From a virus (lineage: Duplodnaviria; Caudoviricetes): a DNA stretch of 64,000 nt. Shown here in pieces: positions 47,301 to 54,866 of this stretch. The stretch is from positions 1-64,000 of IMG/VR virus record IMGVR_UViG_2934734009_000001. The stretch is one strand, 5' to 3'. Under the pieces are notes generated by a model. The model had not been told where the DNA came from and made no database searches. It saw nothing but the letters and a program-made list of their open reading frames with translations. Within the stretch, counting starts at the first letter, position 1, and each line of letters starts with the position of its first letter. The translations under genes and the position numbers were made by a program.

Positions 47301-48646
47301 TTCTGCTCCTCGGTGGCGTCGGGCTGTACGGCGTCGCGGACTCGGCGGGCGTAGACCTTGCTGCGGCCGAGGAGCTTGGCGACGGCGGGGGTGGAGAACT
47401 GCTCGGCGGGTACGGCGTCGCGAAGCTTCTTCGCTGCTTCGATGTCCTCGCTCCGGAGGGGCTCTACGGCGTCGGTTCGGGGAGCGCGGCCAGAGGGTTG
47501 GTTGCCAATCCCCCCAAGGGCTCCAGACTTCTTCGGGTCGACCGGGCGACGGGCCCGTGACCCTCCCCCTGCACCACCCTTCGGCCCGCCTTCTGCGGGC
47601 TTCTGAGACGGTCCGCTGTCGCCGCCGTCGGGGCGGAAGATCTCGGCGAGGAGCCGGTCGACCGCTTCGCTCTCGGGGGTGCGGTCGACGTTCGACAGGA
47701 CCGCGTTGATCGCGGCGCGCGCTTCCTCGCGGCCGGCGAGCGTGTCCGCTGTCGTGGCGAGCGGAAGTAGGTGCTCGTTGTCCCACGCCTGCTGCCACGC
47801 AGCCTCGCGGCTGATCGCCCCGGTGGGGTGCGCGACGATGATCCGCTCGTACTCCGTGAACTCTCGCGGGAAGAGCTTCTTCCGCCGCTTGTCCTCAGTC
47901 GCGTGGACCTTCGCGAGCGCCCGCTGCTCCCGTGCCTGCTTCTTCGCCGCGGCTTTCGCGGCGGCGCGCTGCTCCAGGCTTCGGGTGTCGGCGGCGGCCC
48001 GACCTTCGAGGAAGTCCCGGACCTCTGCGAGGACCGGTCCGATCACCGAGGTGGCGGCCAGGGCGACACCGGCAACGATCCCGTACTCGTCCATGCCGTG
48101 CGCCAGGTTGATGTACCCGGCGACCGAGGCCAGCGAGGCGGTCAGGACCCAGAACGGCCACCGGGGCAGCCCCTTGCGGTGCGCCCACCGGGTGCCGAGG
48201 ACACCGACCCAGGCGAGGAGCTCCAGGAAGAACGGAATGGGTCCGAGAAGCCACGCGGTGCTGGGGTTCTTCTCACCCTCCTTGTGAAGGGTGAGGAAGT
48301 ACGACAACTGAGCGGGGAGTGCGGCGAGGAGGCCAAGGACGACGGCGACGTTGACGATGAGCTTGAACGCGGTGCCGTTGTCGGCACTGGCCTCGCGGCG
48401 ACGGGCCTTGAGCTCCGCCTTCTCGTCCTTGGCGGCTTCGGTGACGGCGTCGAGCTTCTTCTTGAGCCCGGCCTGCTTGACCTGCTCGGCGAGGAGGTCG
48501 GTGGCGGTCTTGGCAGCCCCGGCCTCGGCGGCCTGGGAGCCGGCAGTACGGGCGGCTTCGGCTTCGGCGGAGATGCGTGCCGCCTCAGCGCGGGTCTTCT
48601 CGGCGGCGGCCTCACGCTCCTCCCAGGAACGGTAGTCGGCACTCAT
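47297..48646 (-). CDS. Spd-like (DUF2637-type) multi-TM protein with coiled coils and C-terminal HTH
   Basis: Four TMs, coiled coils, FSTPAVAKLLG-S--YARRVRD; coupled to traB. Confidence 0.75.
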   Translation of the reverse strand: MSADYRSWEEREAAAEKTRAEAARISAEAEAARTAGSQAAEAGAAKTATDLLAEQVKQAGLKKKLDAVTEAAKDEKAELKARRREASADNGTAFKLIVNVAVVLGLLAALPAQLSYFLTLHKEGEKNPSTAWLLGPIPFFLELLAWVGVLGTRWAHRKGLPRWPFWVLTASLASVAGYINLAHGMDEYGIVAGVALAATSVIGPVLAEVRDFLEGRAAADTRSLEQRAAAKAAAKKQAREQRALAKVHATEDKRRKKLFPREFTEYERIIVAHPTGAISREAAWQQAWDNEHLLPLATTADTLAGREEARAAINAVLSNVDRTPESEAVDRLLAEIFRPDGGDSGPSQKPAEGGPKGGAGGGSRARRPVDPKKSGALGGIGNQPSGRAPRTDAVEPLRSEDIEAAKKLRDAVPAEQFSTPAVAKLLGRSKVYARRVRDAVQPDATEEQK

Positions 48647-48691
48647 GACGGTGTGTCCTTCCGGGACGGGTGGGGGTGACGGGCAGGCGGG

Positions 48692-49018
48692 TCAGGCGGG
48701 CTTGGGGATGGCGCGGCAGGTCTCGGCGTGGGACTGCGCCCACTTCTTGGCGCCAGGGAGGAAGCTCTCGTCGGTGGAGTCGAAGTTGAGTTGCGGGCCC
48801 TTCCCGAACTCGTCGTGATAGGCGTCGAACCCCCAGTCCTCGGTGCGGGTGTCACCGCATCCGTGACAGGCGATGAAGTGCTCGGTCGGAAAAGCGATGC
48901 CGTAGTAGCCGGGGCGCTCGGCGATGTCGACGGCGATGTCGTCGCGGCCGAGGGGCGATCCGGCGACGGTGAGGTAGCGGGCGATGACGTTCTCGGGCCA
49001 GACGGTCTGCGCAGTCAT
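48692..49018 (-). CDS. Zn-binding hypothetical protein
   Basis: WPE-VIARYLTV-G, CHGC, WAQ-HAE-CRA-P-P. Confidence 0.8.
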   Translation of the reverse strand: MTAQTVWPENVIARYLTVAGSPLGRDDIAVDIAERPGYYGIAFPTEHFIACHGCGDTRTEDWGFDAYHDEFGKGPQLNFDSTDESFLPGAKKWAQSHAETCRAIPKPA

Positions 49019-49036
49019 GGCGGGTGTCCTTTCGGG

Positions 49037-49231
49037 TCAGATGCGGGCGGTGGCGGGGTTCTTGCCGCGCAGGTGGGTGAGGGTGGCGACACCGAGCCCG
49101 AAGCCCAGCAACACGGGCTGGGCGGCTACGAACTGCACGGTCGCGGCCAGCACATTGGCAACGGCCTGGGCGAGGCTGGGGAACAGGATCAGCAGCACCA
49201 GGGCTGCGGCGATCAACATCAGCTTCTTCAC
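49037..49231 (-). CDS. Small membrane protein
   Basis: Two hydrophobic segments; GGAGG RBS. Confidence 0.7.
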   Translation of the reverse strand: MKKLMLIAAALVLLILFPSLAQAVANVLAATVQFVAAQPVLLGFGLGVATLTHLRGKNPATARI

Positions 49232-49273
49232 GGGGTGCGCCCCTCCGGGCTCGGGTTTGGGTGGTACGGGATA

Positions 49274-49321
49274 GCCCCGGGCGGGAGTTGATCCCGCGCC
49301 CTCGCGGCTGAAAGCCGGGGC
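49274..49321 (-). ncRNA. Mini tRNA-like structured element, copy 1
   Basis: GCCCCGG-CTTTCA-GCC(GCGAG)GGC-GCGGG(ATCAACT)CCCGC-CCGGGGC. Confidence 0.6.
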
Positions 49322-49329
49322 TGTGATCA

Positions 49330-49515
49330 CTACTTGTGCGGGCAGCGACCCTTGCAGGTGCACGGGACGTCGATCTGGTTGCGGATCGGGGCGAGAACGG
49401 CGTTGGCGACGGCGTCTCCGGCGCGCCCCCCTGCCTTCCCAGCAGCCTTGGTGCCCGCCCGGTGCAGAGCACCAGCGGCGGAGTCGAGCTTCTCGGCAGC
49501 CTTGCGTCCGAACAT
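49330..49515 (-). CDS. Small protein (MFGRKAAEKL...C-C-G-CPH)
   Basis: AAGGAG RBS; flanked by the two structured elements. Confidence 0.75.
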   Translation of the reverse strand: MFGRKAAEKLDSAAGALHRAGTKAAGKAGGRAGDAVANAVLAPIRNQIDVPCTCKGRCPHK

Positions 49516-49554
49516 TGGGTTCTCCTTCGGTATGACCGACCTGGTGGTCGGAGC

Positions 49555-49601
49555 GCCCCGGGCCGGAGTCGATCCGGCAGCCTCACGCCGTAATCCGGGG
49601 C
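49555..49601 (-). ncRNA. Mini tRNA-like structured element, copy 2
   Basis: GCCCCGG-ATTAC-GGC(GTGAG)GCT-GCCGG(ATCGACT)CCGGC-CCGGGGC. Confidence 0.6.
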
Positions 49602-49607
49602 GGCGGG

Positions 49608-49856
49608 TCAGCGGTTCAGCCAGCCGGCGCGCCGGCCGTCGCCGTCCGCAGCGACGACCTTCTCGACGTAGGCCACGACCTCTTCGCCGCGGGCATTGCA
49701 GCCCTTTGCCGTCAGCGCAGCCGCCAGGGTGCCGGTCCGGAACGTGGCCGCAGCCTCCTGGTCACCGCCCTTGACGGCCTTGCGAATGTCCTTGGTGAGT
49801 CCGGCGTGGCCGCTGACCTCAGTCGCGGTGTCGGTGATCCGGCTAAACAGGCCCAT
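49608..49856 (-). CDS. Small protein (MGLFSRITD...)
   Basis: GAAAGGA RBS. Confidence 0.75.
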   Translation of the reverse strand: MGLFSRITDTATEVSGHAGLTKDIRKAVKGGDQEAAATFRTGTLAAALTAKGCNARGEEVVAYVEKVVAADGDGRRAGWLNR

Positions 49857-49949
49857 GACGGTCCTTTCGGGTCAGTGCCCGGCGGATGCGGCCGGGCTTC
49901 GCGGTGATCAGATACGAGTGCACGACAGCCCCTTCTCGGAGCCGATGGG

Positions 49950-50333
49950 TCAGCGGCAGCGTCGGCAGCCAGCGCCGTGGGCGATGCGGCACAGCTCGGC
50001 CGGGGTGAAGCCGCCCAGGGTGCCGGTGTGGGTGACCTCGGTTTCCATCACGCGCCCGCGTCCGCTGCCGTCGGGGACGTCGATCTCCCACCCGGTGGTG
50101 GCGTACTTGCCACGACCGACCTTCTTGATCTGTCCGACGGTCCTGACCCGGGCGCGCTTTGCTGCCTTGGCCTCCCGGCGTTCCTGCGCACGGGCCATCG
50201 CGGTCTGCTTGGCCTCCTGGTAGACGGCCTCCGGGATGGCTGCCGCAGGGGTGGCTGCCGCAGCCTGCTGGGCGGCGCGATAGCGCTCCTCCGGGGTGCT
50301 GACACGGTCGATCTTTCGGCTGAACAGGCCCAT
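49950..50333 (-). CDS. Small protein (MGLFSRKID...)
   Basis: GAGAGGA RBS; Cys-rich C-terminus. Confidence 0.75.
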   Translation of the reverse strand: MGLFSRKIDRVSTPEERYRAAQQAAAATPAAAIPEAVYQEAKQTAMARAQERREAKAAKRARVRTVGQIKKVGRGKYATTGWEIDVPDGSGRGRVMETEVTHTGTLGGFTPAELCRIAHGAGCRRCR

Positions 50334-50362
50334 GGCGGTCCTCTCGGGTCGGGGGGCTTCGG

Positions 50363-50593
50363 CTACCGGCTGGTCTCTGCGGCGACCGCGGCTTCCCGCA
50401 CCTCGGCGATCGCCGCGGCAATCCGACCGGTGTCCCCGCCTGCCGCCTCGTTGAGCTGCCGGGCGGCGGCGGTCTGCCGGTTGATGTCGTCGTCCGACAT
50501 GCGACCCGGGTTCGTGAGGGCACCGCTGTGGGCGACCTCGGACAGCAGGTTGGCGGCGGCCTGACGCTCGGCGGGGGTGCTACGTCCGAACAC
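50363..50593 (-). CDS. Small protein (MFGRSTPAE...)
   Basis: AAGGAG RBS. Confidence 0.75.
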   Translation of the reverse strand: MFGRSTPAERQAAANLLSEVAHSGALTNPGRMSDDDINRQTAAARQLNEAAGGDTGRIAAAIAEVREAAVAAETSR

Positions 50594-50608
50594 GGAGTTC
50601 TCCTTGGG

Positions 50609-51091
50609 TTAGTTGGCGATCAGGTTGAGTGCGGCGGTGACGGTGCCGGGGAGGGTGGTGCAGACAGGCACGTTGTGGCGGCGGGCCACGTAGGCCAAGT
50701 ACCGGTTCCGCTCCGGGTTGGGGCAGTCGTCCGGAATCCCGAGGACCGCCCGGCCGCTGGTGACGTCCAACCCGAACTCGACGTTGGTCGTCATGCCCGG
50801 CATCGTCTTCAGGTCCCGGGGGATCCAGAAGAGAATCGCGGTGGCAGCGGCGCGGGCGTCGGTCTCCCAGTCGACCTGCGTCTCGTACCGGTCGGCCCGC
50901 ACGCCGTTCCGGGACTCGGGGCTCAGCACAGTCAGGGTTTCCGGGCCGGCCCACTGGTCGGCCAGGATCTTGAGGGCGGTGGGCCGCCACGACGGAACCG
51001 GGTTGCTCTTGTCCGGAGTCGGCCCCGCCAAGAACACAGACGGGCCGACGGGGAGGGGCTCGCGGGCCATGACCAGCTTGACGATGCTCAT
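50609..51091 (-). CDS. Nucleoside 2-deoxyribosyltransferase-like protein
   Basis: SVFLAGP, SWR, PE, QV-WE, ILFWIPR, TTNVEFG. Confidence 0.85.
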   Translation of the reverse strand: MSIVKLVMAREPLPVGPSVFLAGPTPDKSNPVPSWRPTALKILADQWAGPETLTVLSPESRNGVRADRYETQVDWETDARAAATAILFWIPRDLKTMPGMTTNVEFGLDVTSGRAVLGIPDDCPNPERNRYLAYVARRHNVPVCTTLPGTVTAALNLIAN

Positions 51092-51462
51092 GCCCCCGCC
51101 TCCTTCGCCGCGGCACGGGCCTCGTGCTGCGGAGTCCACGGCAAGGGCAGGTCGTCGCCGTCCCGCCGGGGGACGATGTGGACGTGGAGGTGGAAGACGC
51201 TCTGCGTCGCCTCGGTGCCCTTGCTGGTGATGAGGTTCGCGGCGGGCAGCTCGGCCATCAGCTCGGCTGCCCGCCCCATCACCGCCTTGGTGACCTCGAT
51301 GTCGGTTCCCGCGTCCTCGACGTGAACCCGCGGCAGGACGAAGACGTGGCCGTCGGTGCAGCCACCGCTACGGGGACGGATCGCAATCGCGTCGTCCCAC
51401 TCACGCACGATGGTGGCGGGCACCTGGCCGGCGACGATGCGGCAGAAAACGCAGTCCGACAT
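51088..51462 (-). CDS. HIT-family nucleotide hydrolase
   Basis: DCVFCRIV, GH--V-PR-H, QSVFHLHVHIVPR. Confidence 0.92.
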   Translation of the reverse strand: MSDCVFCRIVAGQVPATIVREWDDAIAIRPRSGGCTDGHVFVLPRVHVEDAGTDIEVTKAVMGRAAELMAELPAANLITSKGTEATQSVFHLHVHIVPRRDGDDLPLPWTPQHEARAAAKEAGA

Positions 51463-51502
51463 GAGCTACTCCTTGAATCAGATCGGATGAACTGAGGCGG
51501 GG

Positions 51503-51715
51503 TCAGGCGTGGTTGGGCTTCCAGGTGCCGTTGTTCAGCCGGTTCAGCTCGTCGAGGTTCTCGTCGGCGGCCTGCCGCATCGACTCGGCGAGGCGGTGCT
51601 GGCCGTTCGCGGCGGCGTCACGCTGCGCCTGCCGGCTGTTCTGGATGTCGGCGGTAATGTCGGCGCGGGTCTGCTCGGCGGACTGGCTCTTGAAAAAGTG
51701 ACGGGCGCTGGCCAT
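51503..51715 (-). CDS. Small helical hypothetical protein
   Basis: AAGGAG RBS. Confidence 0.7.
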   Translation of the reverse strand: MASARHFFKSQSAEQTRADITADIQNSRQAQRDAAANGQHRLAESMRQAADENLDELNRLNNGTWKPNHA

Positions 51716-51810
51716 GGGTTTCTCCTTGGGTTGGCGTCGGGTCCGGGTGACTCCCGGGCCACTCCGCCGCCACCAGCTGCGGGCCTGGGGGCGACAGGGC
51801 AAGCCGGGGG

Positions 51811-52113
51811 TCAGGCGGCAGCCGGGGTGTTCAGCCCGTCCAGCTCGTCGAGTTCGTCCAGCAGCCGGGGCCCGAACGGCTGCCCGGCGTCGTGCTCGAC
51901 GGCCAGGCCCCGCAGCCAGTGCCGGGTGCTGTGGTCACCCCGGGCCGCGACGTACCGGGTGACGATCTCCCCCGGCGACAGGCCCTCCGCCTCCTCCCAC
52001 GTCACCTGCACGTCGGAGGTCAGGAGCGCCGCCCGCAGGTTGTGGATCTCGGCGGACACGGTGGCGAGGTCGCCGGAAAACAGGTCAGTGACGGTCGAGA
52101 CGTAAGGAGACAT
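51811..52113 (-). CDS. Hypothetical protein
   Basis: GAAGGG RBS; typical codons. Confidence 0.7.
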   Translation of the reverse strand: MSPYVSTVTDLFSGDLATVSAEIHNLRAALLTSDVQVTWEEAEGLSPGEIVTRYVAARGDHSTRHWLRGLAVEHDAGQPFGPRLLDELDELDGLNTPAAA

Positions 52114-52220
52114 GGGGGTGCCCTTCGGTTGAGTGATGGGTGAAGAGAGAGGTGGGGGTGGAGAGCCGCGCCCGGCCGGCCGGGGGATGTCGCCAGCGGG
52201 GCGCGGCGGACTGTGGGGTG

Positions 52221-52355
52221 CTACCGGCGGCGGGCTTCCTGCCGGGCCATCGCGGCCCGAACATCAGCACCAGCCTCGTAGTCGCGCTTGCACGCGTCCG
52301 GGGTGGCGGGCTCAGAGACGATCGTGTTCTCGCGCGGCCGCTCGGCCGTCGCCAT
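52221..52355 (-). CDS. 44-aa hypothetical protein (MATAERPREN...)
   Basis: TGATG coupling with the upstream ORF. Confidence 0.55.
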   Translation of the reverse strand: MATAERPRENTIVSEPATPDACKRDYEAGADVRAAMARQEARRR

Positions 52356-52528
52356 CAGAGACGCCGCTGGGCGATCAGCCGGCGACGAGCAGCCGGATCG
52401 GCGGGGAGAGTGACCGACTCGCGGCACGGGGTCACCGGGCGGCGGACGTAGGAGCCAGCCTCGTGGGCGGCGATGTCGGCCGGGGTCATGGTCGCCGGGG
52501 TGGCGAGGGTAGAGTTCTTGGCAGCCAT
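52355..52528 (-). CDS. 57-aa hypothetical protein, first gene of the transfer operon
   Basis: GAGAGGA RBS. Confidence 0.6.
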   Translation of the reverse strand: MAAKNSTLATPATMTPADIAAHEAGSYVRRPVTPCRESVTLPADPAARRRLIAQRRL

Positions 52529-52570
52529 CAGGGGTCCTCTCAAAGATCCTGGTGGTAGGCCCTGGCCAGC

Positions 52571-52646
52571 GGTGGAGTCGCTGAGCTGGGGCCGTTTGCT
52601 TTTGGTGCCGGTGGAGTCGGCGGTGGAGCCTTCTGGGGTGGAGTCC
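52571..52646. repeat. Four GGTGGAG(T/C)C direct repeats in the operon leader
   Basis: Copies at 52571, 52610, 52622, 52637. Confidence 0.6.
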
Positions 52647-52664
52647 CGTTCGGCTTCAAGGGAT

Positions 52665-52705
52665 ATCTTGTAGCTAGTCGACCCCTCCCGTCAAGAGGTC
52701 TATTG
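52665..52705 (-). promoter_or_regulatory. Putative transfer-operon promoter with overlapping operator
   Basis: Minus-strand TTGACG-N18-CAAGAT; GACCCCT...AGAGGTC dyad spanning the -35. Confidence 0.55.
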
Positions 52706-52737
52706 AAGTCGTGTCGCATCGGCCTTACGATTCGGAC

Positions 52738-52983
52738 ATGACAGACGCCCTCAACACCGCCATCGACGAAGCCGTAAACTCCCTGGCCACCATCGACGAC
52801 CCCGTTGAGCGCTACCACGCCAGCCGCCGCATCCGCGTCCAGCTCGACACCGGAAGCAGCGCCCTCAAGGAAGCCCAAGCCCGTATCGCCGCCGAGCTCA
52901 AGGCCGGCAGATCGTGGCGCGAAGTCGGCATCCTGATGGGTGTCAGCGGGTCCCGCGCCGAGCAAATCTCCAACGGGAAGTGA
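52738..52983 (+). CDS. Small HTH regulator divergent from the transfer operon
   Basis: RSWREVG-LMGVSGSRAEQI helix-turn-helix. Confidence 0.8.
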   Translation: MTDALNTAIDEAVNSLATIDDPVERYHASRRIRVQLDTGSSALKEAQARIAAELKAGRSWREVGILMGVSGSRAEQISNGK

Positions 52984-53135
52984 CCGGGTGTCTGTCATGC
53001 CCCCAAGTCAACTCGCGGCCGACTTACCGAGCGATGAGCTTCCAGTGCGGTGGCAGTGCACCGGATCGGCCCCTAGTGCAGTAGCAGTGCAGCAGTGATG
53101 CAGAACCGCAGCGCCACGACCCGGGGAGCCGGATA

Positions 53136-53774
53136 GTGAACGTCACCACGTGGACCGGCCGCACCGCCTGCGCCTTGCAGGCCGCGCTCCGCATGACGAA
53201 CGAGGGCTTCGCCGCGAAGCTCGGTGTCGCGGTTCGCACGGTTGCCGGCTGGCACCGGAACCCGGAGATTGTGCCGCGCACCGAAATACAGCAGGCCCTC
53301 GACACCACCTACGAGAGGGCCAACGAGCACGTGCGACGACGCTTCACTCTTCTGTCCCGCCCGCCCGAGGAGCCCGCCCAGGCTGAGGCGCAGGCGCTGC
53401 GCGTGGCTATCGCCGTGGTTCTGCGCGGCGCCGAGGTGCTGCTGGTGTGCCGCCGCGGCGACGACACGCTCACCTGGCAGTTCCCGGCCGGGATGTGCAA
53501 GCCGGGCGCCGCCGTGGCGTCGGTGGCGGTGCAGGAAACCCACGCGGAGACCGGCGTGCACGTCGCGGTCCGCGAGGAGCTCGGCACCCGCGTCCACCCG
53601 AAAACCGGGGTGCTGGCCAGCTACGTCCTCTGCGACTATCTCGCCGGCGAGGCGAGGAACTTGGATACCGTCGAGAACATGGACGTCGCCTGGGTGCCCC
53701 TCGCCAGCCTGACCCGTTTCATTCCGGCCGAGAACATCTACCCGCCGATCCTGAGTGCCTTGGAGGCAGCGTGA
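53136..53774 (+). CDS. XRE-HTH fused to a degenerate Nudix domain
   Basis: [21 protein letters not shown]; Nudix box degenerate (GMCKPGA...QETHAETG). Confidence 0.85.
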   Translation: MNVTTWTGRTACALQAALRMTNEGFAAKLGVAVRTVAGWHRNPEIVPRTEIQQALDTTYERANEHVRRRFTLLSRPPEEPAQAEAQALRVAIAVVLRGAEVLLVCRRGDDTLTWQFPAGMCKPGAAVASVAVQETHAETGVHVAVREELGTRVHPKTGVLASYVLCDYLAGEARNLDTVENMDVAWVPLASLTRFIPAENIYPPILSALEAA

Positions 53775-54178
53775 CCGAGCAGAGTGTTCAGCCCCCCGTC
53801 TCCACGGCGATCATCGTGGACGGTGGAAAGGTGCTGATGATCCGACGCCAGGTGCGGGAGGGGAAGCTGCTGTGGGCGTTCCCCGGCGGCGGCATCGAAG
53901 CCGGGGAGACCCCGGAGCGGGCTGCGGTGCGGGAGACCGCGGAGGAGGTCGGCCTGGAGGTGAAGGCCGCCCGTGTCCTCGGCGACCGGGTGCATCCGCA
54001 GACCGGGGTTCCGATGACATATGTGGCCTGTGAGCTGATCTCCGGTGACGCGATCGTCGGGGACGCCGAGGAGATCGCAGCTGTCGCGTGGATCCGGCAC
54101 GAGGAGATCGCAGAGTACGTGCCGTGGGGGCTGTTTGGACCCGTACAGGACTACCTGGATGACGCGCTCCCCCGCTGA
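53771..54178 (+). CDS. Nudix hydrolase
   Basis: Canonical [24 protein letters not shown]; GTGA coupling. Confidence 0.92.
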   Translation: MTEQSVQPPVSTAIIVDGGKVLMIRRQVREGKLLWAFPGGGIEAGETPERAAVRETAEEVGLEVKAARVLGDRVHPQTGVPMTYVACELISGDAIVGDAEEIAAVAWIRHEEIAEYVPWGLFGPVQDYLDDALPR

Positions 54179-54193
54179 CCGCGAACACGAGAG

Positions 54194-54221
54194 AGGCCCC
54201 CGCCGTTGACGGTGGGGGCCT
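54194..54221. terminator. Terminator between convergent genes
   Basis: AGGCCCCCGCCGT/ACGGTGGGGGCCT. Confidence 0.65.
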
Positions 54222-54237
54222 TGTGCGTGCGAGGCGA

Positions 54238-54648
54238 CTAGACGTGACCGCGGCGCCTCAACTCTTCAACTGCCTTGCGTGCGACCTCACGGATCTCGGC
54301 GGCGGTCATGTTGTCGACGGTCGCGACCATGGCGTTCGTGATGGCCTGGTCGAGCTCGCCATCGGGGATCTTGGCAAGTCCGCCCGCTGACCGTGCGCCC
54401 TTCATCTCGATGGGGCCGGCGGCGCCATCGAGGACGCCCAAGCAGGACCCCGAAGCCCATTCCAGAGCTGCATCGATCTTGGCGTAGGAAGTCTCTCGCA
54501 CCTGCGCCCCCTCTTCCACGCGGCGCCAGGTGTCTTTCGACATGCCCGCGCCGGCGGCGGCAGCAGCAACGCCGACTCGAAGTTCCAGGCGACGCTCGCG
54601 CACCTTGGCGGCAAGCCGCTGATGATTATGCAGCTCGTGGGTGGTCAT
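54238..54648 (-). CDS. XRE-family HTH regulator (repressor-like)
   Basis: RLA-KVRERR-EL...AGMS-DTW-RVE-G..V...Y-KID-AL-W; divergent from the replication gene. Confidence 0.85.
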   Translation of the reverse strand: MTTHELHNHQRLAAKVRERRLELRVGVAAAAAGAGMSKDTWRRVEEGAQVRETSYAKIDAALEWASGSCLGVLDGAAGPIEMKGARSAGGLAKIPDGELDQAITNAMVATVDNMTAAEIREVARKAVEELRRRGHV

Positions 54649-54866
54649 AGGCCCACTATGCCAACAGCGGCGATAAGGCGCTACCTCCACCCCAGAAGTT
54701 AGCCGAATTGCTAGCTAGTTAGCCGGACATCGACTACCGTTGGAGTTGCCGGCCGCAGCACGCCGAGCGGCCTAATTCACACCAGCGGGCAGAGCTCGCG
54801 CATCCACGGGAGTGCCGTGTTCGTGCCGTTCATCTCCACGCCAACCCGACCAAAGGAGGGCGCACC

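Noticed and set aside
49274-49601. Genuine tRNA genes or attP tRNA fragments
   Set aside because: Only 47-48 nt, with no D or anticodon arm, no TTC in the loop, no encoded CCA at the stem end and no adjacent integrase; kept as tRNA-like elements
49843-49923. Short ORF VHSYLITAKPGRIRR... with an upstream GAAGGGG
   Set aside because: Plausible micropeptide, but it overruns the next start codon and cannot be supported without homologues
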